Below are positions 1 through 8,293 of a DNA stretch of 27,028 nucleotides, piece by piece. The number at the start of each line of letters is the position of its first letter. The stretch's first letter is position 1. A program made the position numbers and the translations under genes. Below the pieces are notes generated by a model. The model saw only the letters and a list, made by a program, of their open reading frames with translations. It did not search any database and was not told the origin of the DNA. Origin of the DNA: a virus (taxonomy: Duplodnaviria; Heunggongvirae; Uroviricota; Caudoviricetes); IMG/VR virus record IMGVR_UViG_2579778989_000013. One strand, written 5' to 3'.

Positions 1-1530
1 CTGTGGCCCCGCCGGACCTGCTGGTCCAGCCACCCCCGGATCGCCTTTGTCACCTTTTGGCCCCGGCGCACCTGCCGGACCTGCTGGTCCAGCCACCCCC
101 GGATCGCCTTTGTCACCTTTTGGCCCCTGTGCGCCTGCCGGGCCTGCGGCTCCCGTATCCCCTTTCGGTCCCTGTGGGCCTGCCGGACCCGTATCGCCCT
201 TGTCTCCCTTCGGGCCGGGAACGCCACCACCTGCAGCAACCTCTTCTGCCTTCTGTCTCGCCGCCTTGGCCTCATCCATTGCCGCCTTCACAGCCTTCGA
301 CGTGGCAGCCTTTGTTTCGTCATTACTGGCAGTATCACTACTTAGCTGCACAATTCCCTTCTGTGCCGTCGTCGCGTCCACCACATTTGCTGCGCTGCCC
401 GCCGGACCAGGCTCCCCGCGGGGGCCCTGAGGCCCAGCTTCGCCTCGTTCACCTTTCGGACCTGCCGGACCTGTCGCACCGGCATCTCCTTTCGGTCCCT
501 GCGGCCCCGCCGGGCCTCTCTCTCCTGCAGGTCCGCGTAGCCCCTGCTCTCCCTGAGGCCCTCGTTCTCCCGGCTCACCTTTTTCACCTGCGGGACCGGC
601 TGGGCCGGGGTCACCTTTAGGTCCCGCATCACCTTTCGGCCCGGGTGGTCCCCCCGGGTCTCCGGGGGCTCCTTTTTCACCTCTGGCCCCGGTTTCACCT
701 CGTGGACCAGCAGGCCCCTGAATCCCCCGCTCTCCTTGCGGCCCCACCGGTCCTGTTTCACCGCGTGGTCCTTGTGCGCCTTGTGGACCTGTTTCTCCAC
801 GAGGGCCTGCATCACCTTTCGGTCCGGTATCACCTTTAGGGCCTCTGGCATTCTCTGCCATACGCCTGGCCTCTTCAGCACTAACCGTAGCAGCCTCAGC
901 ACGTTTAAGAACGTCTCCGGCGGCCTCATGAGCCACTCTGGCGGTTTCAGCATGTTGTCTGGCATCATTCGCGTCTGCTGCCGCGGCCTTTTCAGATTCG
1001 CATGCCCGGGTCGCCGCTTCTGCAGCTTCACTGGCTTTTTGTCCGGCTTCAGCCGCCCTGCTGGTTGCCGTCTTTGCACTGTCAGATGCACTCTTCGCAC
1101 TGGCTGCTGCACTGTCTTTTGACTGTGTGGCCTGAGTGTTTTTTGTCGCCGTGTCTTCATTCAGGCGACGAATAGTGGCAAGGTCATCAGCCACATTATT
1201 CTGTATCTGCCGGAAATCTGTCAGCAGTTCTCCGGGTATGCTCACCTCAACAAGACTGCGGCGTAACAGCATATTGAGCGTCACCGTACTTTCGGTCCCC
1301 TCAATACGCACACGTCCGTAGACAGCAGTCTTCCCTTTCACCGTCACCGAAACCGCATACTCCCCCGGATCCATCGTCATTCCGTAATATCCACCTTCAC
1401 GGGTCACTGCCGACGCACTGGTGCCGCTGAGCGCATCCGGTGAAACTGTCAGCGCCGTCAGGGTAATATTTGCTCCTGATATCGCCTCACCATCAGGAGA
1501 TTTCAGCGTCCCCGAAACAACAACACTCAC
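1..1530 (-). CDS. phage side tail fiber protein, N-terminal part (gene continues beyond window start); contains collagen-like Gly-X-Y repeats
   Basis: Minus-strand frame is open from GTG at 1530 (RBS GGAGGTGGAG just upstream) to the window edge. My translation reads [24 protein letters not shown]..., then an Ala/Ser-rich segment, then long [22 protein letters not shown]... repeats, as in lambdoid Stf-type fibers. Not in the ORF track because it has no in-window stop; track ORFs 3..620(+) and 342..1160(-) are other frames of the same repeats. Confidence 0.8.
   Translation of the reverse strand, partial: MSVVVSGTLKSPDGEAISGANITLTALTVSPDALSGTSASAVTREGGYYGMTMDPGEYAVSVTVKGKTAVYGRVRIEGTESTVTLNMLLRRSLVEVSIPGELLTDFRQIQNNVADDLATIRRLNEDTATKNTQATQSKDSAAASAKSASDSAKTATSRAAEAGQKASEAAEAATRACESEKAAAADANDARQHAETARVAHEAAGDVLKRAEAATVSAEEARRMAENARGPKGDTGPKGDAGPRGETGPQGAQGPRGETGPVGPQGERGIQGPAGPRGETGARGEKGAPGDPGGPPGPKGDAGPKGDPGPAGPAGEKGEPGERGPQGEQGLRGPAGERGPAGPQGPKGDAGATGPAGPKGERGEAGPQGPRGEPGPAGSAANVVDATTAQKGIVQLSSDTASNDETKAATSKAVKAAMDEAKAARQKAEEVAAGGGVPGPKGDKGDTGPAGPQGPKGDTGAAGPAGAQGPKGDKGDPGVAGPAGPAGAPGPKGDKGDPGVAGPAGPAGPQ
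12..125. repeat. near-perfect 63-bp tandem direct repeat (two copies) inside the collagen-like region of the tail fiber gene
   Basis: Sequence ccggacctgctggtccagccacccccggatcgcctttgtcaccttttggcccc occurs at 12-62 and again at 75-125, a period of 63 bp (21 codons). Confidence 0.8.
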
Positions 1531-1601
1531 ACTCCACCTCCGTTAAACACTTTTTTACGGGCAGACAATGCACTGTCTGCCCCCTGTTTGATCCCAAGTT
1601 G

Positions 1602-1773
1602 CTCAACAAAACTCTGATAATGCTGCGCAGCCACCCGCACCATCACGGTATGCCGTGGTGTGGTTACCTTCTTTTTCGTCAAGAAACTGGTCGAGGATTT
1701 CAGGCGCAGAAGCGCCCGCAGCAATCAGCGCCAGAACGACCGCTGATAAACCATAGCGGAATTTCCTGCTCAT
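1602..1773 (-). pseudogene. truncated SAR-endolysin (phage lysozyme) N-terminal fragment, about 56 codons
   Basis: ATG at 1773 lies 4 nt after the holin stop. Translation MSRKFRYGLSAVVLALIAAGASAPEILDQFLDEKEGNHTTAYRDGAG matches the signal-anchor-release N-terminus of pinholin-associated endolysins, then diverges (GCAALSEFC) and stops. The catalytic domain is absent. Confidence 0.6.
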
Positions 1774-1777
1774 CAGC

Positions 1778-1993
1778 TTACTCTCCCCGCGCCGCCTTAC
1801 GCCGGTCCTCTTTGATTTTGAAATACAGGTTAGTCAGGTACGTCAGCAGCCCAAACAGCAGACTCCCCAGCACGCCTATTGCCGCCCACTGAGACGGGGA
1901 AACCCTGTCCAGCAACTGCAGGAACCAGTAGCCCGTTCCCACCGCTGACGTGGTGTATGACACACCTGTTGTGATTTTTTCCATCTGGTACAT
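1778..1993 (-). CDS. class II pinholin (phage 21 S21-like), 71 aa with dual-start motif MYQM
   Basis: Translation [71 protein letters not shown] has the same length and architecture as S21 (two TMDs, Met1/Met4 dual start, charged C-terminus). Lies inside track ORF 1778..2047. Confidence 0.8.
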   Translation of the reverse strand: MYQMEKITTGVSYTTSAVGTGYWFLQLLDRVSPSQWAAIGVLGSLLFGLLTYLTNLYFKIKEDRRKAARGE

Positions 1994-2069
1994 ACCCCGT
2001 CTCCCGCAATCCGGAAGCTCACAACAATATAAAGACCACCGGCACACACCGATGGTCCCTTGCGCATGC

Positions 2070-2315
2070 TTACATCATCATGTCGCTGTCAGGTGTAGGT
2101 TCACCGCCATCTGAAGCACTCCCGTCACCCGCGATACCTTCCGGCTCAGGAACCGCTGGTACGCCCAGCAGCTCATCCAGAATGGCATCCACTTCTGCAT
2201 CAAGACGCGACTCAAGGTTCTGGCGGAGTTTCTGTTTCAGTGCGCTCCGGACTTCTTCAGAGCGCAGGACTTCCTTCACTGCCTCAGCAGTGACCAGGGA
2301 TGTGATTTCTGACAT
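2070..2315 (-). CDS. hypothetical acidic protein (81 aa) between nanS-p and the holin
   Basis: In-frame ATG within track ORF 2070..2477, translation [30 protein letters not shown]... Same orientation as the late operon; no recognisable motif; weak RBS. Confidence 0.4.
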   Translation of the reverse strand: MSEITSLVTAEAVKEVLRSEEVRSALKQKLRQNLESRLDAEVDAILDELLGVPAVPEPEGIAGDGSASDGGEPTPDSDMMM

Positions 2316-2340
2316 GGGATTTTCTCGCTGAAAGGGGTTG

Positions 2341-2523
2341 TTAAGGAGTAACGGGTTCTTCGGGCTTGCTTCCGGCTGACTGACTGGCGCTGATTTTCTC
2401 AGCGGCCCTTTTATCAATCTGCCTGCACCAGAAATCGCGCACAGCCCTGTACCCACCCGAAAGAAGATACAGCACACAGACCGCCGTACAGAAGTACAGC
2501 ATCACCTGATGAATAAATGTCAT
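2341..2523 (-). CDS. hypothetical small membrane protein (60 aa)
   Basis: Track ORF with a hydrophobic stretch VMLYFCTAVCVLYLLSGG (one predicted TM helix); positioned in the late operon. Confidence 0.35.
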   Translation of the reverse strand: MTFIHQVMLYFCTAVCVLYLLSGGYRAVRDFWCRQIDKRAAEKISASQSAGSKPEEPVTP

Positions 2524-2619
2524 AATTTCTTACCGTTATGGTTGACAATGAGAATTGTTTTCATTTAAAAACCAATGTACGAAAGCATCTTTTCTTTACA
2601 TTCTCCATTGGGATTACCT

Positions 2620-2656
2620 CCGCCAGCTTCCATTCCTGCCGCTGGCGGCTTTTTTT
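2620..2656 (+). terminator. intrinsic-terminator-like hairpin with T-tract, plus-strand orientation
   Basis: ccgccagc-ttccattcctgc-cgctggcgg followed by cttttttt; a TTGACA -35-like hexamer lies at about 2542-2547 upstream. Confidence 0.35.
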
Positions 2657-2661
2657 AGCAA

Positions 2662-4572
2662 TTATGCGGCTGCTCCAGCTTTGTTTGCTTTAACTTCCAC
2701 CGTATCAATAAGTACAGGGTAGGTTTCTGCACTACCTGTAATATCCGTAATGACAAACCTGTTGAGTCCATTAGCAGTATTGGCCCATTTCACCAGGTCA
2801 AACGCCTGTCCATCCACACCATCAAGCACCGGAGTAACATTAATGCTGTTACTGCCCTTAAATTTAAATGCAAGCGTATGCCAGTCATGGTCGAATGCGC
2901 CAAACGTGCCAAGTTCTTTTTGTTGATTAACTGTATGATGGTATGCAACATTAATACTGGCTTTATCTGTCTGGACAAAGAAAGAACTCAGATGGCCTTC
3001 ACCACCCTCACCCGGCCATTCCGCTATTCGCCAGTACAAACCAAAGGCATACTTGTTTCTGGTTGTCTCAAGATTGACGTTTTCGGGGATTTTAAACCGG
3101 ACAGCAATTTCTCCGCCTTTTTCCAGTAAAAGTTTTGCCTTGTCTGCAGCAATATCACAGTACATTGACCAGGATTTCGCGCTGTTATTTTTCTCAATTC
3201 GCAGAGCTTTATTGCCGCTGTCATCAACCAGTGTGCGCCTGCCATACACACCGTCCCAGCCATAGGGTTTCAGCTGATTGTCTGTAGCTTTTTTGGCATC
3301 GTAAAAAATTACAGACTCTGAGGTGGTAACCGGTCTGTCTGGAACAACCACCCCGGCAGTACCATTAACAAACGCAGAAGACTTACCCGCGCAGCTCAGA
3401 ATCGCCGTTGCCAGACGGTCGGAAATAATCCCACGGCGAGCCCATGAACTGAAATGGCTCGCCCTGTCCTGTGACGTCCAGGTGGCTGAGCTGTCACGCC
3501 ATTTCGAACCGTAATAACCGATACCCGGAATGTCCGGGTCTTCTTCCGGTTTGTTCGTCGGCACATTCACCCCGTTCTCATCGGTCATGAACGGTACGAA
3601 ATGGATATTCTTTTCCGTTTTATTTTTATAGCTGCCGTACACCGTCTGGTACGTGGATTCGTTCTTCTGCTTCCAGAAATACGTCGTGTCCCCGCATATC
3701 CAGGGAACACCGCCAGCAGAGCCACCGACGCACTGGCCTGCCATATCCGCCAGGTCTGCACGGAATTTATCAACCAGCGCACCAAACTGTGCGGCATGAT
3801 TTGCCGGCGTACCGCCAAAATCAAATTCCCCCTGCATCCACACCACGGCAAACAGCACATTTTTCGGGTTCTTCTCCAGTGCCGCTTTTGTTCGACCGAT
3901 AAGGTCCTTATACAGCGGCTTGTCCACACCCCAGCGGGTTGAATTCTCCGAGGCGCCACTCGCGTCACTGTATGTGCCATCAGCTCCGGTGGTGAACGCT
4001 GAACCACCACGACAGCACGGAACCAGCAGAATGCCCGCATTCGCCGGTATAAACGGCAGCAGTTTTTTGGCGATATGCAGCCCCTGCCCCACGGTTCCGT
4101 ACTGCCCCTTTGACAGGTCCGCTTTCGGATGGTTAAGACGGCTCATGTCCTGCACATCATGCAGACAATGGTCCGCCGGAATGATGTCGTTATATTTGCA
4201 TGCTGCACCGCCCGGTGTCACCGTACTGCGACGCGCTAACTGTTTAATACGTGGATCAGGGCTGTCGAATGTATCCGGTAATGGCAGTCCCTCACCGTAT
4301 GACATACCATTGGACTGACCAGCAAGCGCGATCACATAGTAATATTCTGGCGCAACAGAAGGCGCTGAGGTCGTCGGACGGTTGCCTGGCTCCTCTGGTG
4401 ATGAGATGCTCCCCTCACTCACAACTGGCTGGATGAACTCCGCACCATAACCAGCTGTCGAAATCAGCGCACTACCATAAGGCTGCCACCCTTCCTTCAG
4501 TTTTTGAGTTATTCGTTTCGCAAGGTCTGACGGCGACGCCGCCCTGACAACATCATAGTGTTTAAATGCCAT
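2662..4572 (-). CDS. nanS: prophage 9-O-acetyl sialate esterase NanS-p-like protein (DUF1737 N-terminus plus SGNH/GQSN esterase domain), 636 aa
   Basis: Track ORF with RBS GGAGGA before the ATG. N-terminus MAFKHYDVVRAASPSDLAKRITQKLKEGWQPYGS resembles DUF1737; the motif VIALAGQSNGMSYG is the GQSN esterase signature. Size and position (between Q and the holin) match nanS-p genes of Stx-type prophages. Confidence 0.8.
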   Translation of the reverse strand: MAFKHYDVVRAASPSDLAKRITQKLKEGWQPYGSALISTAGYGAEFIQPVVSEGSISSPEEPGNRPTTSAPSVAPEYYYVIALAGQSNGMSYGEGLPLPDTFDSPDPRIKQLARRSTVTPGGAACKYNDIIPADHCLHDVQDMSRLNHPKADLSKGQYGTVGQGLHIAKKLLPFIPANAGILLVPCCRGGSAFTTGADGTYSDASGASENSTRWGVDKPLYKDLIGRTKAALEKNPKNVLFAVVWMQGEFDFGGTPANHAAQFGALVDKFRADLADMAGQCVGGSAGGVPWICGDTTYFWKQKNESTYQTVYGSYKNKTEKNIHFVPFMTDENGVNVPTNKPEEDPDIPGIGYYGSKWRDSSATWTSQDRASHFSSWARRGIISDRLATAILSCAGKSSAFVNGTAGVVVPDRPVTTSESVIFYDAKKATDNQLKPYGWDGVYGRRTLVDDSGNKALRIEKNNSAKSWSMYCDIAADKAKLLLEKGGEIAVRFKIPENVNLETTRNKYAFGLYWRIAEWPGEGGEGHLSSFFVQTDKASINVAYHHTVNQQKELGTFGAFDHDWHTLAFKFKGSNSINVTPVLDGVDGQAFDLVKWANTANGLNRFVITDITGSAETYPVLIDTVEVKANKAGAAA

Positions 4573-4765
4573 GAATCCTCCCGGCCGGGATAATATTGTG
4601 AGTAAAATAAGGAGCGGGCTGAAGTCCGGAAGTTACAGGACAATGGCAGAAGGGAGACTACAGCCCGCAATTCGAAAAAGGTCGCGCAGTTGCGCAGAGT
4701 GATTACTATAGGGTATTATTCGCCAGCTGAAATATTACTTCACGTTTCATTGTTTATTCCTTGCC

Positions 4766-4794
4766 GCCCGCGTCTCCCAGCGCGGGCTTTTTTG
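4766..4794 (+). terminator. intrinsic terminator hairpin, plus-strand orientation, in the Q-nanS intergenic region
   Basis: gcccgcg-tctcccag-cgcgggc followed by ttttttg; a second hairpin agcccctc-cgga-gaggggct lies at 4805-4824. Confidence 0.4.
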
Positions 4795-5055
4795 TCCATA
4801 AGAAAGCCCCTCCGGAGAGGGGCTGGAGAGTGGCGCTATGTGCCATTGCATGGTGCCGGGTGCCTCCCGGTGAGTTCAGCCCGGTGCCACTAAACCCGCG
4901 TCATTCTCGTTTTGATAATCAGAGATTATACCGTCACCAGTCGCCCCTCCGCTCAGGGGGATTCACCATGCAGTTTTTTTCTAACAAATTCTCATCCGGG
5001 CAGACAACATTCAACTGACTTAATTGTGAGGTATGTAACATTCCTGTTGAACGGA

Positions 5056-5088
5056 TACAAAAAAAGCCAGCCACCAGGGGAGGCTGGC
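5056..5088 (-). terminator. intrinsic terminator on the minus strand, candidate tR' of the late short transcript
   Basis: Minus-strand RNA would read gccagcc-ucccc(u)ggu-ggcuggc followed by uuuuuuugu. Confidence 0.55.
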
Positions 5089-5265
5089 AAACTCGTAGAG
5101 CAAAATGCTGTTACGCAAACTTCGTTACAGGGTTATCCTGCAATACTTAAAATATACAATATTTAGAAAACTAATAGTGCCACATGAGATTTTTAAGATT
5201 TTGTTATTAATTGCGGTCGTACCTTCCTTTCTGTGTACTTTCCGTATAGCTCACAGGATTCTGGG

Positions 5266-5293
5266 TACAAAAAAACCCGCGCATCGGCGGGTT
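5266..5293 (-). terminator. intrinsic terminator on the minus strand immediately downstream of Q
   Basis: Minus-strand hairpin aacccgc-cgaugc-gcggguu followed by uuuuuuug, about 45 nt after the Q stop. Confidence 0.55.
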
Positions 5294-5338
5294 CGGCTGC
5301 GTGGCAATGTAACCACTCTTATCATGATATGCAGATTT

Positions 5339-5773
5339 TTACGATCGTAAACTATTTTTTCGCTGATAAAATACAGAGCTTCTCCCTCCCGGCAATTCAC
5401 GCTCAACATACCGATCCATCTCAAGCCTCACTCCCAGCATCATCAGCATGCCTTCAACAATCCCCTCCGCTTTGTGAAGGCGTTTACCTATACAGGTGTC
5501 AGAGCACCCATGTTTCCGTGCCAGCGCCATGAACGTCTCCCCCAACACGTAGTAATCAACCAGCAAGTCATGCAGATCGCGATTGTTCCGGTAAAGGCGG
5601 GCTATGCACCCGCATATCACCATCGCATCATCGTCACAGCACTGTGGACGTGATTTTACTTTTTCGGGGATCAGTCCCTTAAATCCGGCAGCAATGGGCG
5701 ACCATGTAACATCCTCATAGTTATTTACCGCCCATGCCCCCCAGCGCTCAAGAACCTGCCGGATATCACGCAT
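5339..5773 (-). CDS. Q: late-gene antiterminator Q (phage 82-type Q family), 144 aa
   Basis: Translation [60 protein letters not shown]... with a Cys-rich zinc-binding core, as I recall for Q82-family proteins. Lies immediately after rusA as in DLP12/Stx-phage nin-Q modules. Internal start inside track ORF 5339..5872. Confidence 0.75.
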   Translation of the reverse strand: MRDIRQVLERWGAWAVNNYEDVTWSPIAAGFKGLIPEKVKSRPQCCDDDAMVICGCIARLYRNNRDLHDLLVDYYVLGETFMALARKHGCSDTCIGKRLHKAEGIVEGMLMMLGVRLEMDRYVERELPGGRSSVFYQRKNSLRS

Positions 5774-5960
5774 CAGTATCTTTACCCCATCCGCGATGAA
5801 CCATAAGGACGCCATTGACGACGGCGTGCTTTTTCGCATCTTTATCATCAATGTATTTTCTGACTGTAGCACGATTGCAGTTCAGTATTCTGGCGACTTC
5901 TGTCTGATTTCCCCTGGTGCAGATCAGTAATTCAGGTATCGTTTGAATTTTAGCATTCAT
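5766..5960 (-). CDS. small helix-turn-helix protein (64 aa), overlaps rusA stop (1 nt) and Q start (8 nt)
   Basis: Translation [44 protein letters not shown]; HTH-like segment [19 protein letters not shown]; track ORF 5766..5963. Confidence 0.45.
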   Translation of the reverse strand: MNAKIQTIPELLICTRGNQTEVARILNCNRATVRKYIDDKDAKKHAVVNGVLMVHRGWGKDTDA

Positions 5961-6322
5961 CAAATGTTCTCCAGTTCGGTGATTTTTATCCCCACTCTAC
6001 CGCCAGGCACTTTCACGCCGCGAATTACGCGAATGTCATCGAATTGCTCGTCGTCTTCCGCAAATCCGGCGTGGATAAGAGAGTCGAGTAAACCTTTCAG
6101 GATGTTATCGAGGTCGCGACGGCGGGAATCTGGTGGTTCAGCAATAATTGTGATGCGAAGTCGTGATTTAGTGAAAATGTCTAATCTGAGTTGCCGGATG
6201 ATTTGCTGTACGTCTTTTCGGTATTTCTGGCCTTTATCGCTGATGTAGTACTGGCTTCCCCGTCTTCGCCAGTAGGTATTCACCGTCGGCGGCCAGGGAA
6301 GCACAAACTCATATTCATTCAT
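5960..6322 (-). CDS. rusA: Holliday-junction resolvase RusA
   Basis: Translation MNEYEFVLPWPPTVNTYWRRRG...RRRDLDNILKGLLDSL matches RusA signature motifs (LPWPPS/TxN, RRRDLDN). ATGA overlap with the upstream YbcO-like gene. Confidence 0.9.
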   Translation of the reverse strand: MNEYEFVLPWPPTVNTYWRRRGSQYYISDKGQKYRKDVQQIIRQLRLDIFTKSRLRITIIAEPPDSRRRDLDNILKGLLDSLIHAGFAEDDEQFDDIRVIRGVKVPGGRVGIKITELENI

Positions 6323-6612
6323 GACTTAATCTTCCCCTCCTTCAGCAATATCGCCTGCGTCCTGATCACGCCTTCCAGGTGGTAAAGTCTGGCGTCGTTG
6401 TTGTCGAGAATGCGAGTACGGCGATCGATTTCATTATGGCAGTCACTACAGGCCCATGCAGCCAACAGGTCATCTGGCTTCATTCCCGTTCCGCAAATTC
6501 CAGCTATTCGGTAATGCGCCAAAACTGTAGTTTCAGGATTGCCATTGCATACGCCGTAAATCCGTACCTGACATTCTCTGCCACGCGCTTCTTTGCGTAG
6601 GTTTGCCATCAT
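6319..6612 (-). CDS. YbcO-like putative nuclease (DUF1364 family)
   Basis: Track ORF with Cys/His-rich motifs (CQVRIYGVCNGNPETTVLAHYR...CSDCHNEID); positioned between ninE and rusA as ybcO is in DLP12; RBS GAGGAA. Confidence 0.7.
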   Translation of the reverse strand: MMANLRKEARGRECQVRIYGVCNGNPETTVLAHYRIAGICGTGMKPDDLLAAWACSDCHNEIDRRTRILDNNDARLYHLEGVIRTQAILLKEGKIKS

Positions 6613-6632
6613 CTTATTCCTCGTACATTGAA

Positions 6633-6824
6633 CTATCCGGAGTGACTATTAAATCTTGCACGACGTCTGAGCCACCGGACATCCCACAGGTGAGACGTAT
6701 AATTGAAGGTTTTTACATCAGATTCGTTGGGGATTGGCCTGGGTTTATTTCGGGAGCGTTTCGTTGGAAGGTAATTGCAGTTTTCACAGACTATATCGGT
6801 AATGCTTCGTCGCTGTCGTCTCAT
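6633..6824 (-). CDS. ninE: NinE protein
   Basis: Translation [57 protein letters not shown] is near-identical in pattern to lambda NinE as recalled; ATGA overlap with the ninB stop. Confidence 0.8.
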   Translation of the reverse strand: MRRQRRSITDIVCENCNYLPTKRSRNKPRPIPNESDVKTFNYTSHLWDVRWLRRRARFNSHSG

Positions 6825-7231
6825 TCATACCTCCTGTCGGTAAATCTGACACCCTGCTCCACAGCCCAGGAAGTTGTGTACTCAATCAGGCTTGCCATAC
6901 GCTTCACGCTCATCTGCGCACTGCTTTCGCGGATATTGACGTATTCACCTTCAAGACCTGGCAAAACATCAGCTTCCTGTTTTGTAGCCACGGCATGACC
7001 GCTGATTAACAAAACTTTCCACTGTTCTGGTTTTAGCCATCTGCCGCACCACTGAACCTGTCGGGAGATATCAGCGACCATCGCGTGAAATTTGGCATTT
7101 TGATCGAGATTCCGCTTGTAATCGGTGATGCGGATCGTAACGGGTTTGTCTTTATCGAGAGTTGTTGCAAGGATGGCGTTAATGGCGAATTGTTGCTGCT
7201 GTTTACTTCGGAGGAAGATAGTCTGGTTCAT
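6821..7231 (-). CDS. ninB: NinB (Orf-family recombination mediator)
   Basis: Translation shows NinB-like motifs ([26 protein letters not shown]) comparable to lambda NinB RSLDQNRKLWACLGDVSRQVEWHGRWL. Confidence 0.85.
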   Translation of the reverse strand: MNQTIFLRSKQQQQFAINAILATTLDKDKPVTIRITDYKRNLDQNAKFHAMVADISRQVQWCGRWLKPEQWKVLLISGHAVATKQEADVLPGLEGEYVNIRESSAQMSVKRMASLIEYTTSWAVEQGVRFTDRRYE

Positions 7232-7285
7232 TATTCCCTCTCACTGGATTTTCCCAACAAAAAAGGAGCCGAAGCTCCTTTAGTT

Positions 7286-7951
7286 TCAGAATTCAAATTG
7301 TCTTGCCCGCAGGCTTTTCAGCATTGGCATGGCCCGCTGGATAACGGAACTTGACATGTCGAGACGTGTTACCTCCCTTAGTAGCGCGTCTCTGTTCTTC
7401 GTCACCATGTAGATGGTCTCAAACGCAATGTCATACAGCTTGTTCGTGTATGAGGAGTTCAGCTCTTTCATAATGGGATACAGGTGTTTGCTGAGGTCCT
7501 GGGCTTTTTCCATCCAGAGCTGCATGTAGCAAAGGAGGATGATTTCTTCGGCTGTGAATTGTGGCTGAATCTGCGGCTGCTGTTCGGTTGGTGCTGTTTT
7601 TCCCTGGCTGAAATAGCAGTCTTCCAGTTTTTCGAATACCTCCCACGCCCGATCGGTTTCGAGCATTTTTGCGTGACGGGCTGCGCCGCGTTCTGTCCAG
7701 AGGATGAGGGAGCGGGCATTTTTACCAACTAACCCGATTGTTTCGGGTCTGTTCTTAAACTCGCGTAATTCGTTTTTTTCAATTTTAAAGTAATGCTTTC
7801 CGGGCATGAATCGCGTCGTGTTGTTCAGAAAGTTATCAGAAATGTTTTTGATTTTTGTTCCGTAAAGGTGAGCCAACAGTTCAGTAGTAATTACGGGGAT
7901 CTGGTTATAGGTAACAGGGGAAAGGTTTTCGACAGAAATTTGAACAGCCAT
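7286..7951 (-). CDS. ORF6N/KilA-N-like domain protein (antirepressor-like), 221 aa
   Basis: N-terminus PVITTELLAHLYG...FMPGKHYFKIEKNELREFK...LWTERGAARHAKMLETDRAWEVFEKLE follows the ORF6N pattern; RBS GAGGT. Confidence 0.6.
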   Translation of the reverse strand: MAVQISVENLSPVTYNQIPVITTELLAHLYGTKIKNISDNFLNNTTRFMPGKHYFKIEKNELREFKNRPETIGLVGKNARSLILWTERGAARHAKMLETDRAWEVFEKLEDCYFSQGKTAPTEQQPQIQPQFTAEEIILLCYMQLWMEKAQDLSKHLYPIMKELNSSYTNKLYDIAFETIYMVTKNRDALLREVTRLDMSSSVIQRAMPMLKSLRARQFEF

Positions 7952-8112
7952 AATGACCTCGCGTTTCGATAATTTTTACCTCGCCACCGTCAGGTGCTAA
8001 TCATCGTGGTGGCGAACTGTGCGGGGTTAGCACTACCGGTCGAAACATCCGGCGAGCCTTTCGGCTCCCCCACACAGCCCGCCATAAATCGCGAATGTGA
8101 CTGTGCTTAGCG

Positions 8113-8136
8113 CATAAAAAAACCGCCAGCGCGGTT
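8113..8136 (-). terminator. intrinsic terminator on the minus strand
   Basis: Minus-strand hairpin aaccgc-gcug-gcgguu followed by uuuuuuuaug. Confidence 0.5.
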
Positions 8137-8293
8137 ATGCACCGTTTCGATATCCGGGGTGCTAATCCCGACGCCAGGTTTTGCTGGCGCGTGAGGAATA
8201 TAGCCCCGAACACGCGACGTTGTCAAACTGATGGCATTGCAGATCCCTACGCAATGTAACACTATGTGTTATACATTAATAACGGAACAAAAA

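Noticed and set aside
3-620. Plus-strand ORFs 3..620 and 47..430, rich in Pro/Ala/Gly
   Set aside because: They are alternative-frame readings of the collagen-like repeat DNA; the minus-strand frame gives a coherent tail-fiber protein with an RBS and conserved N-terminus.
342-1160. Minus-strand ORF 342..1160 (272 aa, Arg/Lys-rich)
   Set aside because: Out of frame with the tail-fiber reading frame that is continuous from 1530 to the window edge; a low-complexity artefact of the Gly-X-Y repeats.
1527-1724. Minus-strand ORF 1527..1724 (65 aa)
   Set aside because: It spans the proposed deletion junction in a frame different from both the endolysin fragment and the tail fiber; no RBS; likely spurious.
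2070-2477. Full-length track ORF 2070..2477 (135 aa) as one protein
   Set aside because: Its upstream half overlaps ORF 2341..2523 and reads as low-complexity; the in-frame ATG at 2315 gives a more plausible 81-aa product, though this is itself uncertain.
4573-5338. Possible tRNA genes or stx remnants downstream of Q
   Set aside because: I found no cloverleaf-compatible segment with a GTTCGAATC-type T-loop on either strand and no ORF resembling StxA/StxB; the only long stem (GCGGGCTG...CAGCCCGC, about 4650-4705 on the minus strand) is too short for a tRNA. Needs tRNAscan-SE to be definitive.
6603-6998. Plus-strand ORF 6603..6998 (131 aa)
   Set aside because: Antisense to the well-supported ninE and ninB genes and lacks an RBS.
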